A stretch of 64,000 nucleotides of DNA from Octopus bimaculoides. Its lineage: Eukaryota. Of the stretch, positions 11,851 to 25,299 are shown in pieces (positions within the stretch are counted from its first letter, which is position 1; every line of letters starts with the position of its first letter). The notes under the pieces were generated by a model. The model did no database searches. It saw only the letters and a list, made by a program, of their open reading frames with translations, and was not told the DNA's origin. A program made the translations under genes and the position numbers. The stretch spans positions 67,317,372 through 67,381,371 of the forward strand of contig NC_068992.1 in the NCBI RefSeq assembly GCF_001194135.2, written 5' to 3'.

Positions 11851-13329
11851 CTACAGTGGCGATGTGAAACCCCATGACCCCGAGCGAATCAGATGGAGAA
11901 TCATAAGTAAACGGGCCAACTCACAGAGGTAGATAAGAATATATATATATAATTTTTGCAATGGCTCCATAACTACCCCAGTAACACCCCAACTACAACT
12001 ATATATATATATATATATATATNNNNNNNNNNNNNNNNNNNNNNNNNNNNNNNNNNNNNNNNNNNNNNNNNNNNNNNNNNNNNNNNNNNNNNNNNNNNNN
12101 NNNNNNNNNNNNNNNNNNNNNNNNNNNNNNNNNNNNNNNNNNNNNNNNNNNNNNNNNNNNNNNNNNNNNNNNNNNNNNNNNNNNNNNNNNNATATATATG
12201 TATATATACATGCATGCATAGATATATATACGCGCAGACACACAGGTATAGAATTGATATCCTAAATGAAACCTAAATTTTGATGGATGACTCGCATTAC
12301 AAAAAATAACAACAACTCTGTAGAGATTTTCTTGCATCATAAACCTGATGTATTCGAAATGATTCTCTGTGATGTCTTTGCGAACTTAACGAAACGGAAA
12401 CCGAGCGTACACATTAAGATATTTTATTGAAACATTAATTTTTTAGCATATATTGATTGGTAGTTTCAATTTGAAAACAGTAAAACTATATTAAAGAAAA
12501 TTATGCTTACTTTTAACGGCCATGACTTATGTATTGTATTTTATTTTAAACTCGTTCTATTTTTTCTCAGGAACTGTATTTCTTGATAATATATTTTAAT
12601 AATTGATCAATATATTTTATTAATATCATTTAATCCACTCCAGTTTCTGTTGATAGCCCCAAGACAAATATTGTATAGAATGATATCACAGCATTTGTGT
12701 GTTATATTTCTTTATGTTACATCGTTTATATTTGTCCACATAATGTTTTCTTATCTGTCTCCGATTGTAGAATACAAATAAGTGACATTAAATTAGTTGA
12801 GATATTGCCAATAAACAATAGTCAAGGGGATCTGATAACGTCGTTTCTGTTTTTCTTTAATATCTATCAAATTACATAGACAATGTTTTAGCAGTATAAA
12901 TAATGTTTTCAACAAAGATTAAGCACAATACATGGAGGTTTTGTACACATAATAAACTCCAATCTGTTGACTCATTTGTACATTCGAGAGAACATTGCCT
13001 CAAATAAGTTTTTGCCAGCATTTTATGTAGGTGACCAATGATGTTTGATGCAGCCAGAACTAAAAACTGCACATGATTTGTGTGTATTTTTCAAAATCTA
13101 TTTTTGAGTTTTCAAGGCAGCCAGTACCATTTTTAGTTTCCCCCAGAATACAAGACGTTTCGTTTTTAATAGATAAGAGTCTTTCAAATGTACGCAATGG
13201 CATGGTGGTAGAGGAAAGTTAGAAAATGGATTGAGTCTTGTTATGAAGAACTGGAATGAACCATCTAATCCCTTTCCTTAACGTTTCTATCTGTCCAATT
13301 TTGGGGAAGATCCTGTTATCCGTGCGTGT

Positions 13330-13420
13330 TACTTATAGAATCCACTTAGCCAAGGAGAATGTATCGAACTCAATATCTCGTAGTTTGGTTTCTAACATCT
13401 TTATCACACAGCTATGTCCA
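13330..13420 (-). mobile_element. Decayed SINE 5' (tRNA-like) head
   Basis: The reverse complement ggacatagctgtgtgataaag..ttgagttcgat resembles the head of the SINE at 17897-18270. Confidence 0.4.
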
Positions 13421-13699
13421 TAACTCTTAGGAAAAAGAGGTAATTCATAATTTAAATAGCCCTGCATAATTACTATGAGTTGTTGCTCATCGATTATCAT
13501 AAAATTTGCTTTTCGTTATTATTTAGTAATTACTGTCAATGTCGTTCTTTAGTGAAAGCAGCTCCTGTACTTTTATACTACAATACTTAAGTTGCGAAAA
13601 TCGTCTAAGTGTTGTAACACATAATTAGAATTCATGGATCATTTTCCAGTTCTTTACGCAATATAAGTAAGTCCTTCTGTGAGACGTTATCTTTAAAGA

Positions 13700-14110
13700 A
13701 CCATAAACTTTATGTAGATATTATTTTACAGCAGCAGATATTGCTCAGTTGAATAATGCAGCAGACTTAGTAAGCCAAAAGAATAAAAATTTTGGCCGCA
13801 AGTGAAGAGAACATTGCGTCACACATAAGGCAACGCCGCCTCACACGTAAGAGGACATTAACGCAAATATAAGAGACATTTACCTCACCGATCGTGCATG
13901 GAGGAATAAATGGAAATTATACAATAATGTGACGGAAACAATTATAGCAGAAGAAATATTCCATTTATTGGAATTCATAGACCAATTTTAGATAACTTGC
14001 CACACGAGGATAAAGTGTTCAAATTTGTATTATTAGGCCGCAACATTGTGCCAGATGTAAAATCACCAATATATTGGGATAAATGCCAGACATTGAGGTC
14101 TTTCATTTAG
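13700..14110 (+). mobile_element. Probable LINE 3' end (RTE-X/L2-like zinc-knuckle region), decayed
   Basis: An 86-codon open stretch (13851-14108) reads ..IAEEIFHLLEFIDQFLDNLPHEDKVFKFVLLG.., resembling EDEFHFLLxC..FxxLxxxDKFxFLL. Upstream, RQRRLTR resembles RxxLTKLR. Confidence 0.35.
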
Positions 14111-14376
14111 TTTGGGGAATTCTCGTCTTTTAAGTACAGATATTTTAGTCTTATTATTTATCTACAATTTCCGAAATATTCTACTGAATAACGCTAATGT
14201 ATTCAATTACCTCTTCTGCGGTTGACGAAAAAACTATTGTATGTAGATAGTGTTTGCAAAGACACTTGGTTTCTAACTGAATTAAAACAAGAATAGGCTT
14301 GCTCTTGGACACTAAGCGATATCAGTTGAGAGCAAAGCTAACTCCATTGACAATAAACGCTGTTTGCAGGTGTATA

Positions 14377-14488
14377 CTTACCTACCTACCTACCTACCTA
14401 CCTACCTACCTACATACATACATACATACATACATACATGCATACATGTGTACTCCAAAACTGTTGTAATTTGCACAAGCATATGCAC

Positions 14489-14526
<38 letters not shown>

Positions 14527-14567
14527 GTGTGCAATAAATGTATTCTTCAACCTAGCCAGCTGTTTGA

Positions 14568-14615
<48 letters not shown>
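14377..14615. repeat. (CCTA)n-(CATA)n, (TG)n and (TA)n microsatellites
   Basis: Direct sequence. Confidence 0.9.
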
Positions 14616-14617
<2 letters not shown>

Positions 14618-15607
14618 AAATTTTATACACCTTGTCATATTATCATCCTTTAAGCTAACAAGACTGCATACATATTTGTACACACACGCACGCATGCACA
14701 AACTCACACACGTGCGCGCGCGTGTATATGTACATAAGTGTGTATAGTGTAGCATCTTAGTATCTACTATCTAAAATACTCTGCAATCTAATTTTGGTAT
14801 ACTTTTATAAATCATTTCGGATTACCGATTGGAAATGAGTTATCGTTAAAACGTTAGACTCGGCATCTGATTTTACTAATTCATTACATTGCAATTCGTG
14901 ATAAAAGCACGGTTTCCTGTTGATGTTTAGCCTGGAGCTGTTTCGCAAAAGTTTTCCTCTACGATATAAGAAACTGTTATATAACATTCTACGTGGGCGT
15001 TCATATATTTTAGTTTTCCATTAATAATGTCAGAAATGTACTTGGAACAAGGAAATCAGCCATCGCTTCTAGGTGTGTTTCATAGCCATTACAGATATTC
15101 ACATTATCAGATAATATTCTCTTCTGCATCGTCGTATCCATTAAACATTTCGGGACATTTGTAATGTTGCTTTTCTCATTGAAACTCATTAATAAAAGTG
15201 ATTTCTTCACAGGATTTCGTCTAAGAGTAGTTTACTGCTTCATTGTATAGTATTATGAAAAGTTTGTACCAATTAAGAACGATAACGTAAAATAATACAC
15301 AAAATCATCGTTGTAACATCATCTATTTCTGAAAGACGATCACGGACAAATATTCCCATTCTTCATTCATTGAATGTAGAGTTACTAGAAAGAGAAGAGT
15401 CGACTATTATTTCTGCTTAAATTACTCATATTGCAGTTGGCTGTTCCATGTAAAATCATTATTGACCCTATTTGAAGTCAGCGGACTGTGAAATGACACT
15501 ATGTACTGCAGTGTATTATGTCTGATTTTCATTAGTTTCGTCGTTTTGATTGTCATTTTTAAATTAGCTATTGCCTTCATTTGCATTATAACGAAATCTA
15601 CTGTTTA

Positions 15608-15608
15608 T

Positions 15609-15662
<54 letters not shown>

Positions 15663-15700
15663 AAGAGAGAGAAAGAGAAGGGAGAGAGGGCGAGAGAGAC
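15608..15700. repeat. (GA)n microsatellite
   Basis: Direct sequence. Confidence 0.95.
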
Positions 15701-16939
15701 CGGCTTTACTATGTAGATACAAGTCTTTCTCTGCTTATATTAATCATCTTAATAGAGGACATTGATGTAAGCAACTCTGCCAGTTCCACGCATTCTTATC
15801 TTAACATTGTGTGTTCTATCAGGCACATTAATAATCTTTCACACGATATTAAATGACCTTCAAGTAATATTCAAAAATTTCTACTAACAACCCCGAGACA
15901 ACAAAGGTAAATAAATTTGCATAGCGATTGACAGGCTATCAAATACCTTTAAATACCTTTGCTTACCGTTGCTGTGATGTTTCTGCCGGTATTTCCGTTC
16001 TTATCAAATTGAATATTATAAACTTTAATGCATTCACTTTTGTTATTAAAAAGGAATACGGCCACTTTAATTCTCTTTATACTTCTTTATTAATTACATT
16101 TATCTCTTCGAATTAATATTAATACCAGTCGAAGAGATAAACATAACGTTATCTATCACATTTCTTATAATGTAAGCCACACTTTCTCTGTGTACGTGTA
16201 TTTCATTAAATTCAGGAAACTTTCGGAGTTGTTTAATAGGAAGGATTTTGATGATTTATGATGTGAGCTATCTGTTAATTAGAAATTAATACTTAATACT
16301 TAATTTTATACAACAGTATTGCTTCACATTAATTATTATTGGCGAATGGTCATCCTGCTTAATGCGGTAATCAACTTGAAGAAATATTTTCCGTAAGATA
16401 TTCGCCACTCATATACAAAGATGTGGTTGTGTCATATGACACCATGGAGAGTTTATTAGTTTGTTTTAAAGTAGAGCTTTAAACCCGGTACCATAGACGT
16501 TCAAGATACACCACAGTCTTTCAAGTTATAGAAACAGTGTTGTGCAGTGTAAAATTAATCTCAAATATGTGTCTTTGTAAAATTCTATTTTCCCAAATGT
16601 TATGATTGGGGTGAGCAAAAATATGAAAAGTAGGACAAAATAGTTTAGAAAAGGTAAAGTAAATTTAGACTGCATTACACTGAAATAAATTAAATCCTCG
16701 TTTCGAGAATCACCTTTTGCTGAATATAAAACACACAATGGTTAACGTAAGATTCCTTATAGCGAATACTGTTTCAAAATATGGAACATCGATGAAACCG
16801 TATATATATTTAATCTTACGTTCGTAAAACGTGAGAGCATTGCTAGGGAAGTATATACACGATTGAACTAACGCTGATATGTGAATGATTTGAAAAAAAA
16901 AACCTTAGATATAAGAATTACCTACTTAAATATATTTAG

Positions 16940-17017
16940 GTTTGCTACGCTGAGATTTACGTTTACAGTCAACGACGAAGGAAGTGTGGTAATTACACAT
17001 GACCTCGTTTTCGATAC
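16940..17017 (+). pseudogene. Partial duplicate of the MAM-like exon, with a 32-bp internal deletion
   Basis: Follows a tttag acceptor. The first 66 nt differ from 19070-19135 at 4 positions, then the sequence jumps to gttttcgatac (copy 2 at 19169-19179). Confidence 0.7.
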
Positions 17018-17561
17018 AGCCAATGAGGAATCAACAAAGAGGCAGCTTTAGAAGTTTGTTTAATTACGTCTATTGTCCTTTATTTGAAAATTATCTTAAT
17101 GGAGTAGCACCTAAAATAGAACCATATTTTTTTCTATGGTAACATAATGAGGACCGAAAAAAAGGATCTTAATTTCGCTATATTAAAAGCAGTCACAACG
17201 TAACTATAGACACTGATAGGCAATGAACTTGCTTAACCATGTCAATTAGCCTCTGAATAAAAATATGTTTGTATTTTAAAGTGTATTTCTTGGATAGTTC
17301 TGCTTTTGCGTTTGTTGCTTTTAAATTTTTCGCTTCTGGCAATCCTACCGCTATCTCAAATAGTCCATCAAAATGATTACATTCTAATGGTTGTGATGCA
17401 TTAGATTGTTTTGAATTTATTTTGCTCATAGGAAGATACGAGTTCAAAACAGTAAAATAAATGTTATGCCCTGCGGAAAAGAAGTGTAACAAATCAGGAC
17501 GGAACACTTTATGGCAGAGAGACGAAATATTTACATCATGAATACACCGAAAGTAGTACTA

Positions 17562-17809
17562 GAGTATATTATTCTGGCAAAATAGGAAAAAGGAGGTAAG
17601 AAAGAAGAGGCTAGNNNNNNNNNNNNNNNNNNNNNNNNNNNNNNNNNNNNNNNNNNNNNNNNNNNNNNNNNNNNNNNNNNNNNNNNNNNNNNNNNNNNNN
17701 NNNNNNNNNNNNNNNNNNNNNNNNNNNNNNNNNNNNNNNNNNNNNNNNNNNNNNNNGAGTATATTATTCTGGCAAAATAGGAAAAAGGAGGTAAGAAAGA
17801 AGAGGCTAG
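17562..17809. other. 53-bp sequence duplicated on both sides of an N gap (likely contig-overlap artefact)
   Basis: 17562-17614 equals 17757-17809. Confidence 0.8.
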
Positions 17810-17851
17810 TGGAAATTCGTTCGTATACATGTATGTATGTATGTATGTATG

Positions 17852-17883
<32 letters not shown>

Positions 17884-17896
17884 CATCTATATACAC

Positions 17897-18268
17897 TTTT
17901 TTTACTTGTTTCAGTCATTTTACTGCGGCCATGCTGGAGCACCGCCTTCAGTCGAGCAAATCGACCCCAGGACTTATTCTTTGTAAGCCTAGTACTTATT
18001 CTATCGGGCTGTTTTGCCGAACCGCTAAGTTACGGGGACGTAAACACACCAGCATCAGTTGTCAAGCGATGTTCGGGGGACAAATACAGACACACAAACA
18101 CACACACATATATATATACAGATACATATATACGACGGAATTCTTTTAATTTCCGTCTACCAAATCCACTCACAAGGCTTTGGTTGGCCCGAGGCTATAG
18201 TAGAAGACATATGCCCAAGTTACCATGTGGTTGGTAAGCAAGCTACTTGCCACACAGCCACCCCTGCG

Positions 18269-18270
<2 letters not shown>
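17897..18270 (-). mobile_element. tRNA-type SINE (GGCGCAGGGGTGGCTGTGTGG family), near full length with a small deletion in the head
   Basis: The reverse complement starts ggcgcaggggtggctgtgtggcaagtagcttgcttaccaaccacatgg, has an internal microsatellite, and ends ggtgctccagcatggccgcag..gactgaaacaagtaaaaa. Paralogs lie at 39185, 21520 and 37430. Confidence 0.9.
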
Positions 18271-18303
<33 letters not shown>

Positions 18304-19069
18304 NNNNNNNNNNNNNNNNNNNNNNNNNNNNNNNNNNNNNNNNNNNNNNNNNNNNNNNNNNNNNNNNNNNNNNNNNNNNNNNNNNNNNNNNNNNNNNNGC
18401 TTGGTGTGACTAGGAATTCTGGAATTACAATATCCGCGTGTTATCAATTACCTTTTATTGTAGAGATTTTCATTAGCTCAAACAAATTAAGTACACAGCA
18501 AAAGATAAAAATTCATTAATGTAGGATTAAGCAAAATTAGATTGCATGAATAAAAAGAAACCTGTTACATATATTTCAATAGTAGACAGTAAACTTCTGC
18601 ACTATTTTCTGTTCTCCGTGGAACAATTAAACCCCACTTTTTATGCAACTTAATGTCATTTCTTTTTGTCATTTCGTGGAGTGTTTCCCTACGTTTTACC
18701 ATCGATAAAGTAATACATTCACAAATGCTATTTTGTAATCCAAAAACAACCACTCCTTGCCAGTATGTTCGAAACTATTGCTGTCATTAATGGTGCTTCA
18801 TTTTCGACTAATGCATTTTCTGTTAAAGGCCTGAATGACACTGCATAAGGAATGCTTTTACCAGCCAACCTCTTCCTTCATCTGCAATAAATGAATTTAT
18901 ATTTGTGATGTCTTTTAAATTGAGAATCCGAAACATTGAATTATAACAGCGTGAATTGCACACCTACAAATGTTGTGGGAAAATATTCCCGCTATTTGCA
19001 ATAACTTCCCACGTTTTTCGAAATGCAAGAATATAATATAACTGGTCTGAATATTAAAGCTCTCTTTAG

Positions 19070-19219
19070 GTTTGCTACGCTCAAATTTACGTTTACAGCC
19101 AACGACGAAAGAAGTGTGGTAATTACACATGACCTGGTTCCGGTGGGGACTTTATGTTTAGAATTTTGGTTTTCGATACTTTCTGATAGTTTTGCTCAAC
19201 TTCATATAACATTGACAAA
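19070..19219 (+). CDS. Candidate 150-nt phase 2-2 exon encoding the middle of a MAM-like domain (possibly a pseudo-exon)
   Basis: Follows a ctctctttag acceptor. FATLKFTFTANDERSVVITHDLVPVGTLCLEFWFSILSDSFAQLHITL has the MAM CLxFWY(x9)LxV spacing. There is no GT donor: ATGAGA at 19220 looks like a mutated GTGAGA. Confidence 0.5.
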
Positions 19220-20384
19220 ATGAGAAGTCATATTCTCAAAAAGAGAATACAAAATATGTGCATATATTTTAATAACTGACCTTTTATCTCAACTTATACA
19301 AAATATATTAGTTCATTACAAACCAAGCAATGACAAGGCAAAATGAACAGTCAAAAATTACTCAACGGAAATTTGAGAAATGTAAGCGGTATAAATTTGT
19401 GTCTATATATCAAGACTATGAAATCAAGAAGACGGGTAAATAAAGTGAGAGGGAGAGAGGGAGAGAAAGAGAGAGAGAGGAGATGCAGAAGGCAGACAGG
19501 CAGCGGGGATGAAACATGAAATATGAGAGATATTATTGAAGTGGCTAAGTAAATTCAAACTGATTCTAAATTATTATGTAATGCAGAGAAAAGCGTTAGA
19601 AGATAAACTTTTTCGTAGCTCACAAATAGGAATTACGCCGTAAAACTTACATTTTCTTATTGAAAAGTAAATGGGAATATAATACCACGTATTCACAAAA
19701 ATTAAGTCTAAGTCCGTAATTTACTTCTGTGAATAATAAAAAAAACATTGAGAAAATAAATGTTTCATTTAAAATATATATTCAAAATTAGTCTTTTAAT
19801 TATATTTTTGCCTCATATTCTATTTACATAAATACTACTCAAAATTAATAGCCTTTTGGCATCTTTTAGAATTATTGAGTTTTATTTATACATAAAAAAT
19901 CGATTTATAAAGGATTATTATATATTTATTATTACAGTAGCATATATTAATTAAAACAAAAAGTAAAAAAATGGGAAGAAAAGTGGTTATATATTTTTAT
20001 TTATATTTATTTTTCATAACCGAATATTAATTTTAATTCCCAGACAGAGTTAAATGCAAATTTGGGAGAAAAAAACCCACAAAATAAAAGAATAATGCAT
20101 ACAAATGAAACTTATGCTAAGCTACGAATTCGAAGACTTGCCATAATTTTCTAGAAGAGTCTGCAGTACTGAAGTTAGTGATCTCACGTAACGAGATTCA
20201 TTCCCGCTTGAGAATAATGCAACACAATAGGTGAGGATAAGGCGTATGTATGGCAATAATGTAGAGTGAGGTGAGATAATGAATGTTGGGAATGGATCAC
20301 AGTTGTTTATTTCAAAATTTTATGCTATCAAATTATTTAGGGGTACAAATTTCCCATTAGCGGAACTAGAAAACGTATTATTTA

Positions 20385-20638
20385 GACATTGCTTTCAAAT
20401 TTTGGCGCAAGGCCAGCAATTTCGGACGATGGGGGTACGTCGATTATATCGACCCTAGTACTTAACTGGTACTTATTTTATCGACCGCGAAATGATGAAA
20501 AGTAAAGTCGACATCGGTGAAATGTGTACTCAGAACGTAATGTCGGATTGAATACCGCTAATAATTATGATCGCCATGCCAATGATTCCGCCATGCCAAT
20601 GATTCCGCCATGCCAATGATTCCTCCAGCTCGTCACCT
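20385..20638 (-). mobile_element. tRNA-type SINE with a triplicated 17-mer in the head
   Basis: Family blocks as at 40074 and 58557; cgccatgccaatgattc occurs three times at 20572-20622. Confidence 0.85.
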
Positions 20639-21519
20639 TGACCTTATTTAGAAAGGGATCCAAGATTGCTAATTGCACAGTGCATGCATTGAGTAAAACA
20701 GCGTAACACAAATAACTAAGATTTATATAGCCAAAATAGAAAAATAAACTAACAAATGACTCGTAAAGAACTTCCATGCTTGAAGTTCTGTAAACTATCG
20801 CGGATAAGTAAGACGTATTTGTATTCATTCATTAACGAATTATATATGCTTATACAGAATCATTATTTTTCGATAACATAAACTATATATAACAATAACT
20901 AAATTTCTAACAATATTTCCTGCTCCAATCAAAGTCATAATTTGAAATAAATTGCATATAATAATAGTCGTGGTGTTCTACATTATGTTTCCTACTCTCG
21001 TAGCCTTAGTTTGTGGTGAGCTTTTATAGAAATATTTATATAAACCTGTTCGCTACTTGTGAAAACAATGTATAACATTTCACAGTAAGAAATGTCACTT
21101 GTTTTTGTTCGGCAATAATATAAAAAAATCCTTAAATATGTGTAGAATTGCTAATTGGCAGCTTAAAACATCCGCATACAGCTCTCACATGTGATGCAAT
21201 GTGAAAGATGTCAAAACTCCTGCTATTAAGTATACATCTGTCCAAGATACTTAAACGAACTTTATGATCTGCAAATACAGAGAAACGGTGGCGAATAATT
21301 GGAAAAAGTATTTGAGCTTAGCAAACATGAATGATTTCGAAAAAGAAAATATTGGTTATACAACGTTGTTTTTCTAAATATATCTTCGCCTACGCAGGAC
21401 GTAATGGATGTTGATATTCCTGCGAAATATTAGCATTTAACAGTTCAATGCTATTTTGTGTTCAAAAGTAAATTTTCAGAAGTATTTTCACACTGTTTAT
21501 GTATATTAAGTTACTTAAC

Positions 21520-21730
21520 TTTTATCTTTCACTTGTTTCAGTCACTGGACTGCAATGATGCTGGGGCATTGCCTTGGAGTGTTTAATCGAACAAATCATC
21601 CCCATTATCTTAGTTTGGCAATTAATCTATCGGTCTCTTTTTTACAGCCCCACTAATGTATGAGAACGTAAAGAAACTAACACCGGTTGCCAGGGGTCAT
21701 GTGGAGACAAACAAAAACCTTAGACACATA
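21520..21730 (-). mobile_element. 3' half of the GGCGCAGG-family SINE, decayed
   Basis: cttgtttcagtca..ctgc..atgctgg matches 17903-17940. Confidence 0.7.
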
Positions 21731-22479
21731 CACATGCATGCACACACACACACACAGAGTCACCTGCCCCATACATACATATATATAAATATATATATAT
21801 ATATTATTTTATATCATTGTATGTTTGAATACCACGCATCCTCTTCCAAGTAAGTTTTATCTTAATACTTCTGATGTACACTCTATACGATCTTTTTACT
21901 CTTTCGTTTGTCTCTCTTATTCTTTTACCTGCTCTTCTCCCACTATTCTATCCTATTGCTCTCTCACTCTCTCTCTCCCTCCCCTCCTCCTTTGCTCACT
22001 TGGCTCCCACGTGACCATCGGCCATCTTTCTTTCTTCCTCGAACTTGTGTTTCTTTCTTTCTCTCCGTTGTAGCTAGAACAAAGAAGACGTGTTCTTGTT
22101 TGTCTCCTGTCCAATGTTTATTTACGCGTTGGCCACCACAACCTAGTTTGGGCTTAGCAGCCCTTCATGTTTGTTTTCACTGTCCTGTTGTTGTTACCCA
22201 TTTTGAGATTTTGCGGAGCGTCAATTAAAGATGCAGACAATTAAAGAAGCAGACAAATGAAGTGATGTTGTCTTCATGGACATATAATTCTATAAAAAAA
22301 CCTAGTATTATCCATGCTAGAACACGATACCTTCTACAAAAAAGTTATAAACTATAAACAACAAAAAACAATGAAACATCTTGCATCCTTAAGTATTCTT
22401 TACATCTCTCATCCTCTCTCCGCTTCTGTATGGGTGTGTCTATGTGTGTGCGTGCATGTGTGTGAAGGGTTGTGTCACA

Positions 22480-22760
22480 CAGGTGACTTTTAGTTCACTC
22501 ATTTGATTCAGATGATCAAGTTATGGATTCTTTTTCTGGACCGGATGTTAAGTTGTGTCCATGTGCAAGCCTATCTTATCATTTCACACTGCTCCAATCA
22601 ACTCAGCTGAAAATGAGCAGTTGCATTGTGTGCCAGTGCCGTTTCCACTCTTTGGCATGTCACATCCTTAGTGGCAGAGCGAAACCATGTGCATATCTGC
22701 TGGTGCCTAAATGAGCTACAACGTCATCTTCGCTTCCGAGTGACGGCTAAGCTACATACA
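22480..22760 (+). mobile_element. Decayed SINE (second family)
   Basis: ggaccgg..ttatcatttcacactgctccaatcaactcagctgaaaatgag block, shared with 10520-10560 (reverse complement). Confidence 0.55.
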
Positions 22761-24483
22761 AACACACACACACACACATACATACATACACACATCCATC
22801 CATCCATCCATACATACATACATACATACATACATACATACATGATAATTTGGTAACCTTCTCACCGGGCAATATATGATATTAAAATATTAAATTTGAT
22901 TGCAGATTTAAGTAATCTTCGCTAGACCAAATGTTTGTTTTATTGCGTAAATATTTTAACCATTTATAATATCTATTGAATAATCTTTAAACGAAGACTT
23001 ACTTAATGATGCTATGCCATTCTCTATAACTATCTGTCTACTAATGTTTCAATGTTGCCAAGTGAATCATATTATTTTTCAATTTCAATGATTAAGTTTG
23101 CTGTCTCTGATGCACCCTGGAATGATTCTTAACCGACCAATTACATATTTAAATGTATACTAATGCTTTCATGAAATGTTTTAAGATGTCAAAAGAATAT
23201 AAAATGTTTTAGACATCAGCTAATTCTTTTAATTTCTTAATGGATAAATCCACATAATTACTGTAAAAAGTCTTCGTTTTGATAAATGACTTGAAGCTTA
23301 TTCTTATTCTCTGCCATTGCTATTTATATATTCAAACTTGTCAGCAATGTAAATATCTCTAAACGTTTATTGGATAGAATGTCTTTCGAATGATTAAACA
23401 CTCAATCTTTAATTAGTTAATATATCTACAAAATGGAACATAATTATCATTATCATAATAATATTTACTATTCATTTCAATTAAAATTATATTGTTCCTC
23501 AATCTATATCTAAACACGGCAGCAATACTATACAAACGTTCGATCTAATTATAGTTGTTGCTTGAAATTTCTGGGTTTTTCTTTTATATTTGTCATTAAT
23601 GAACCACATCGATATAAATGATACAATACAAACAGTGCGATTGAACAACAAGTAAAGAAGTGAATATATCAGGGAGTAGCATGGAACAAAAATGCCCCTT
23701 TAAATATGTAGTTGTCATAAATAAATCGATACAACGTAATATTTATGGGATAAATGAAAATACATAGAAAATGATGCGTTCATAAATTAGTTCAAGCGTA
23801 GGATATTTGCCGTATAATATAAACGTTATTGATATATGTATGTGACAGATATTTCACAGAAAACCATGGGCGCATTCAATTTATATCATCGTGCTCATTG
23901 ATGTAAGGCTAATTTCTCAATTGTCTACGAATGTGAAAATGTCACAAGTAATTAAAGTCAAATATAATTATGAATTAATGCGTCTGGTGTCTGTGTAAGT
24001 AAATGTATTTCGTTCTAGCATTTAGTGATTCAGTTCATGTTTCAACCTTTGTTTCGATTTATAATGAATTGATAGGCACCTCTCACACTCTCTCTTTTTC
24101 ACTCCCCCTCTCTCTTTCTCTTGTAAGGAATGATTTAATTATTTCCGTTTTCTTGCCAAAAAAATGTTGCAAAATACATTTTAAGAAATTCTAAAATGTT
24201 AAAACAACATTCTCGAGAAATAATTGTTGTACGCCTAAATATTTAAGGGAGTAATTATAAATGTTGTCTTTGTAGAAAACGTTCAATATATAAATCACTC
24301 TAGAGGTATGAATAAATAAAAAAAAAATACCTAAAATATATCGATTTCAGCTCCTGAAGTATCTTCATACATTTGTGTTTCATAGAATATACAGTGTACC
24401 ACTAAGCTTCGTTGTCTCTTACATATATATACATATGTGTAAGCTACACAACTACAAAGCCAAAGTCAAAGCCAAACTGACCG

Positions 24484-24548
<65 letters not shown>

Positions 24549-25029
24549 GGGGGGGGTGTAACCAGCTGTTTACATAGAAACTAGTTAGTACTATTTTTTA
24601 CTTAGCTACAAATTATACCCTAAACAAGCAAATAACCAAAGATGCACGCCCATAAAAGAGAATATATCTATATACACACTTCTTTAATATCTTCATATAA
24701 TCAAAGCGTCACATACATAAGAAAGGATATATACATACATCTGAAACAAAACAAAACCACGAGTTAAAAAAAAAAGTAAAAAGCCATGGCGTCTAACCAG
24801 AACACTTACAACAGACGAAACTGGTCTGACAACGAAATTGACCTCCTAATAGGAACATGTTTTTCTCTCTCCTCAAAAGAAAACATAAACACTTCGTGTC
24901 TAAGTAAGATTGCAGTAAAACAGCACCAAAACTTAACACAAGATCTGTTAAGTAGATTTGCAGAAACCTAAAAGACGTCGAGGTTTCCTCCAGACTAATT
25001 CAGGGTCATTTTGGAAAACTTCAATATAT

Positions 25030-25160
25030 TTTCTTTGTTGTCAAGAACAACAACAACAACATCAGTCAGAAAACCATGAACAGCAACAACAAGCAAAACG
25101 ACAACGGCAACAACAACAGCAACCAGAAAATCAGGAACAGTAACAACAACAAGAACAACA
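25030..25160 (+). repeat. Degenerate (CAA)n trinucleotide tract
   Basis: Direct sequence. Confidence 0.8.
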
Positions 25161-25299
25161 GGAAGAACCGCACCTAAATTCCAGCATAATAGGTGATTTG
25201 CTGAAGGGTAATATCTCTTCAGCTCTCTCTCATTCACCAGTCTCACCGCAGCTACCACTATTATCATCGTCATCATCTTCATGGTCATCACCACCGCTG

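Noticed and set aside
15010-15210. pogo/Tigger DDE fragment (ICNGYETHL)
   Set aside because: A single weak motif with no TIR or other catalytic residues.
17562-17809. 53-bp direct repeat as LTR or TSD
   Set aside because: Identical copies abut an N gap, so an assembly artefact is more likely.
20155-20230. 76-nt plus-strand exon candidate (EESAVLKLVISRNEIHSRLRIMQHN)
   Set aside because: Splice signals only, no homology, and its phase is incompatible with the upstream MAM-like exon.
22980-23450. L2/Crack RT remnant on the minus strand
   Set aside because: Similarity is too faint across multiple stops to support a call.
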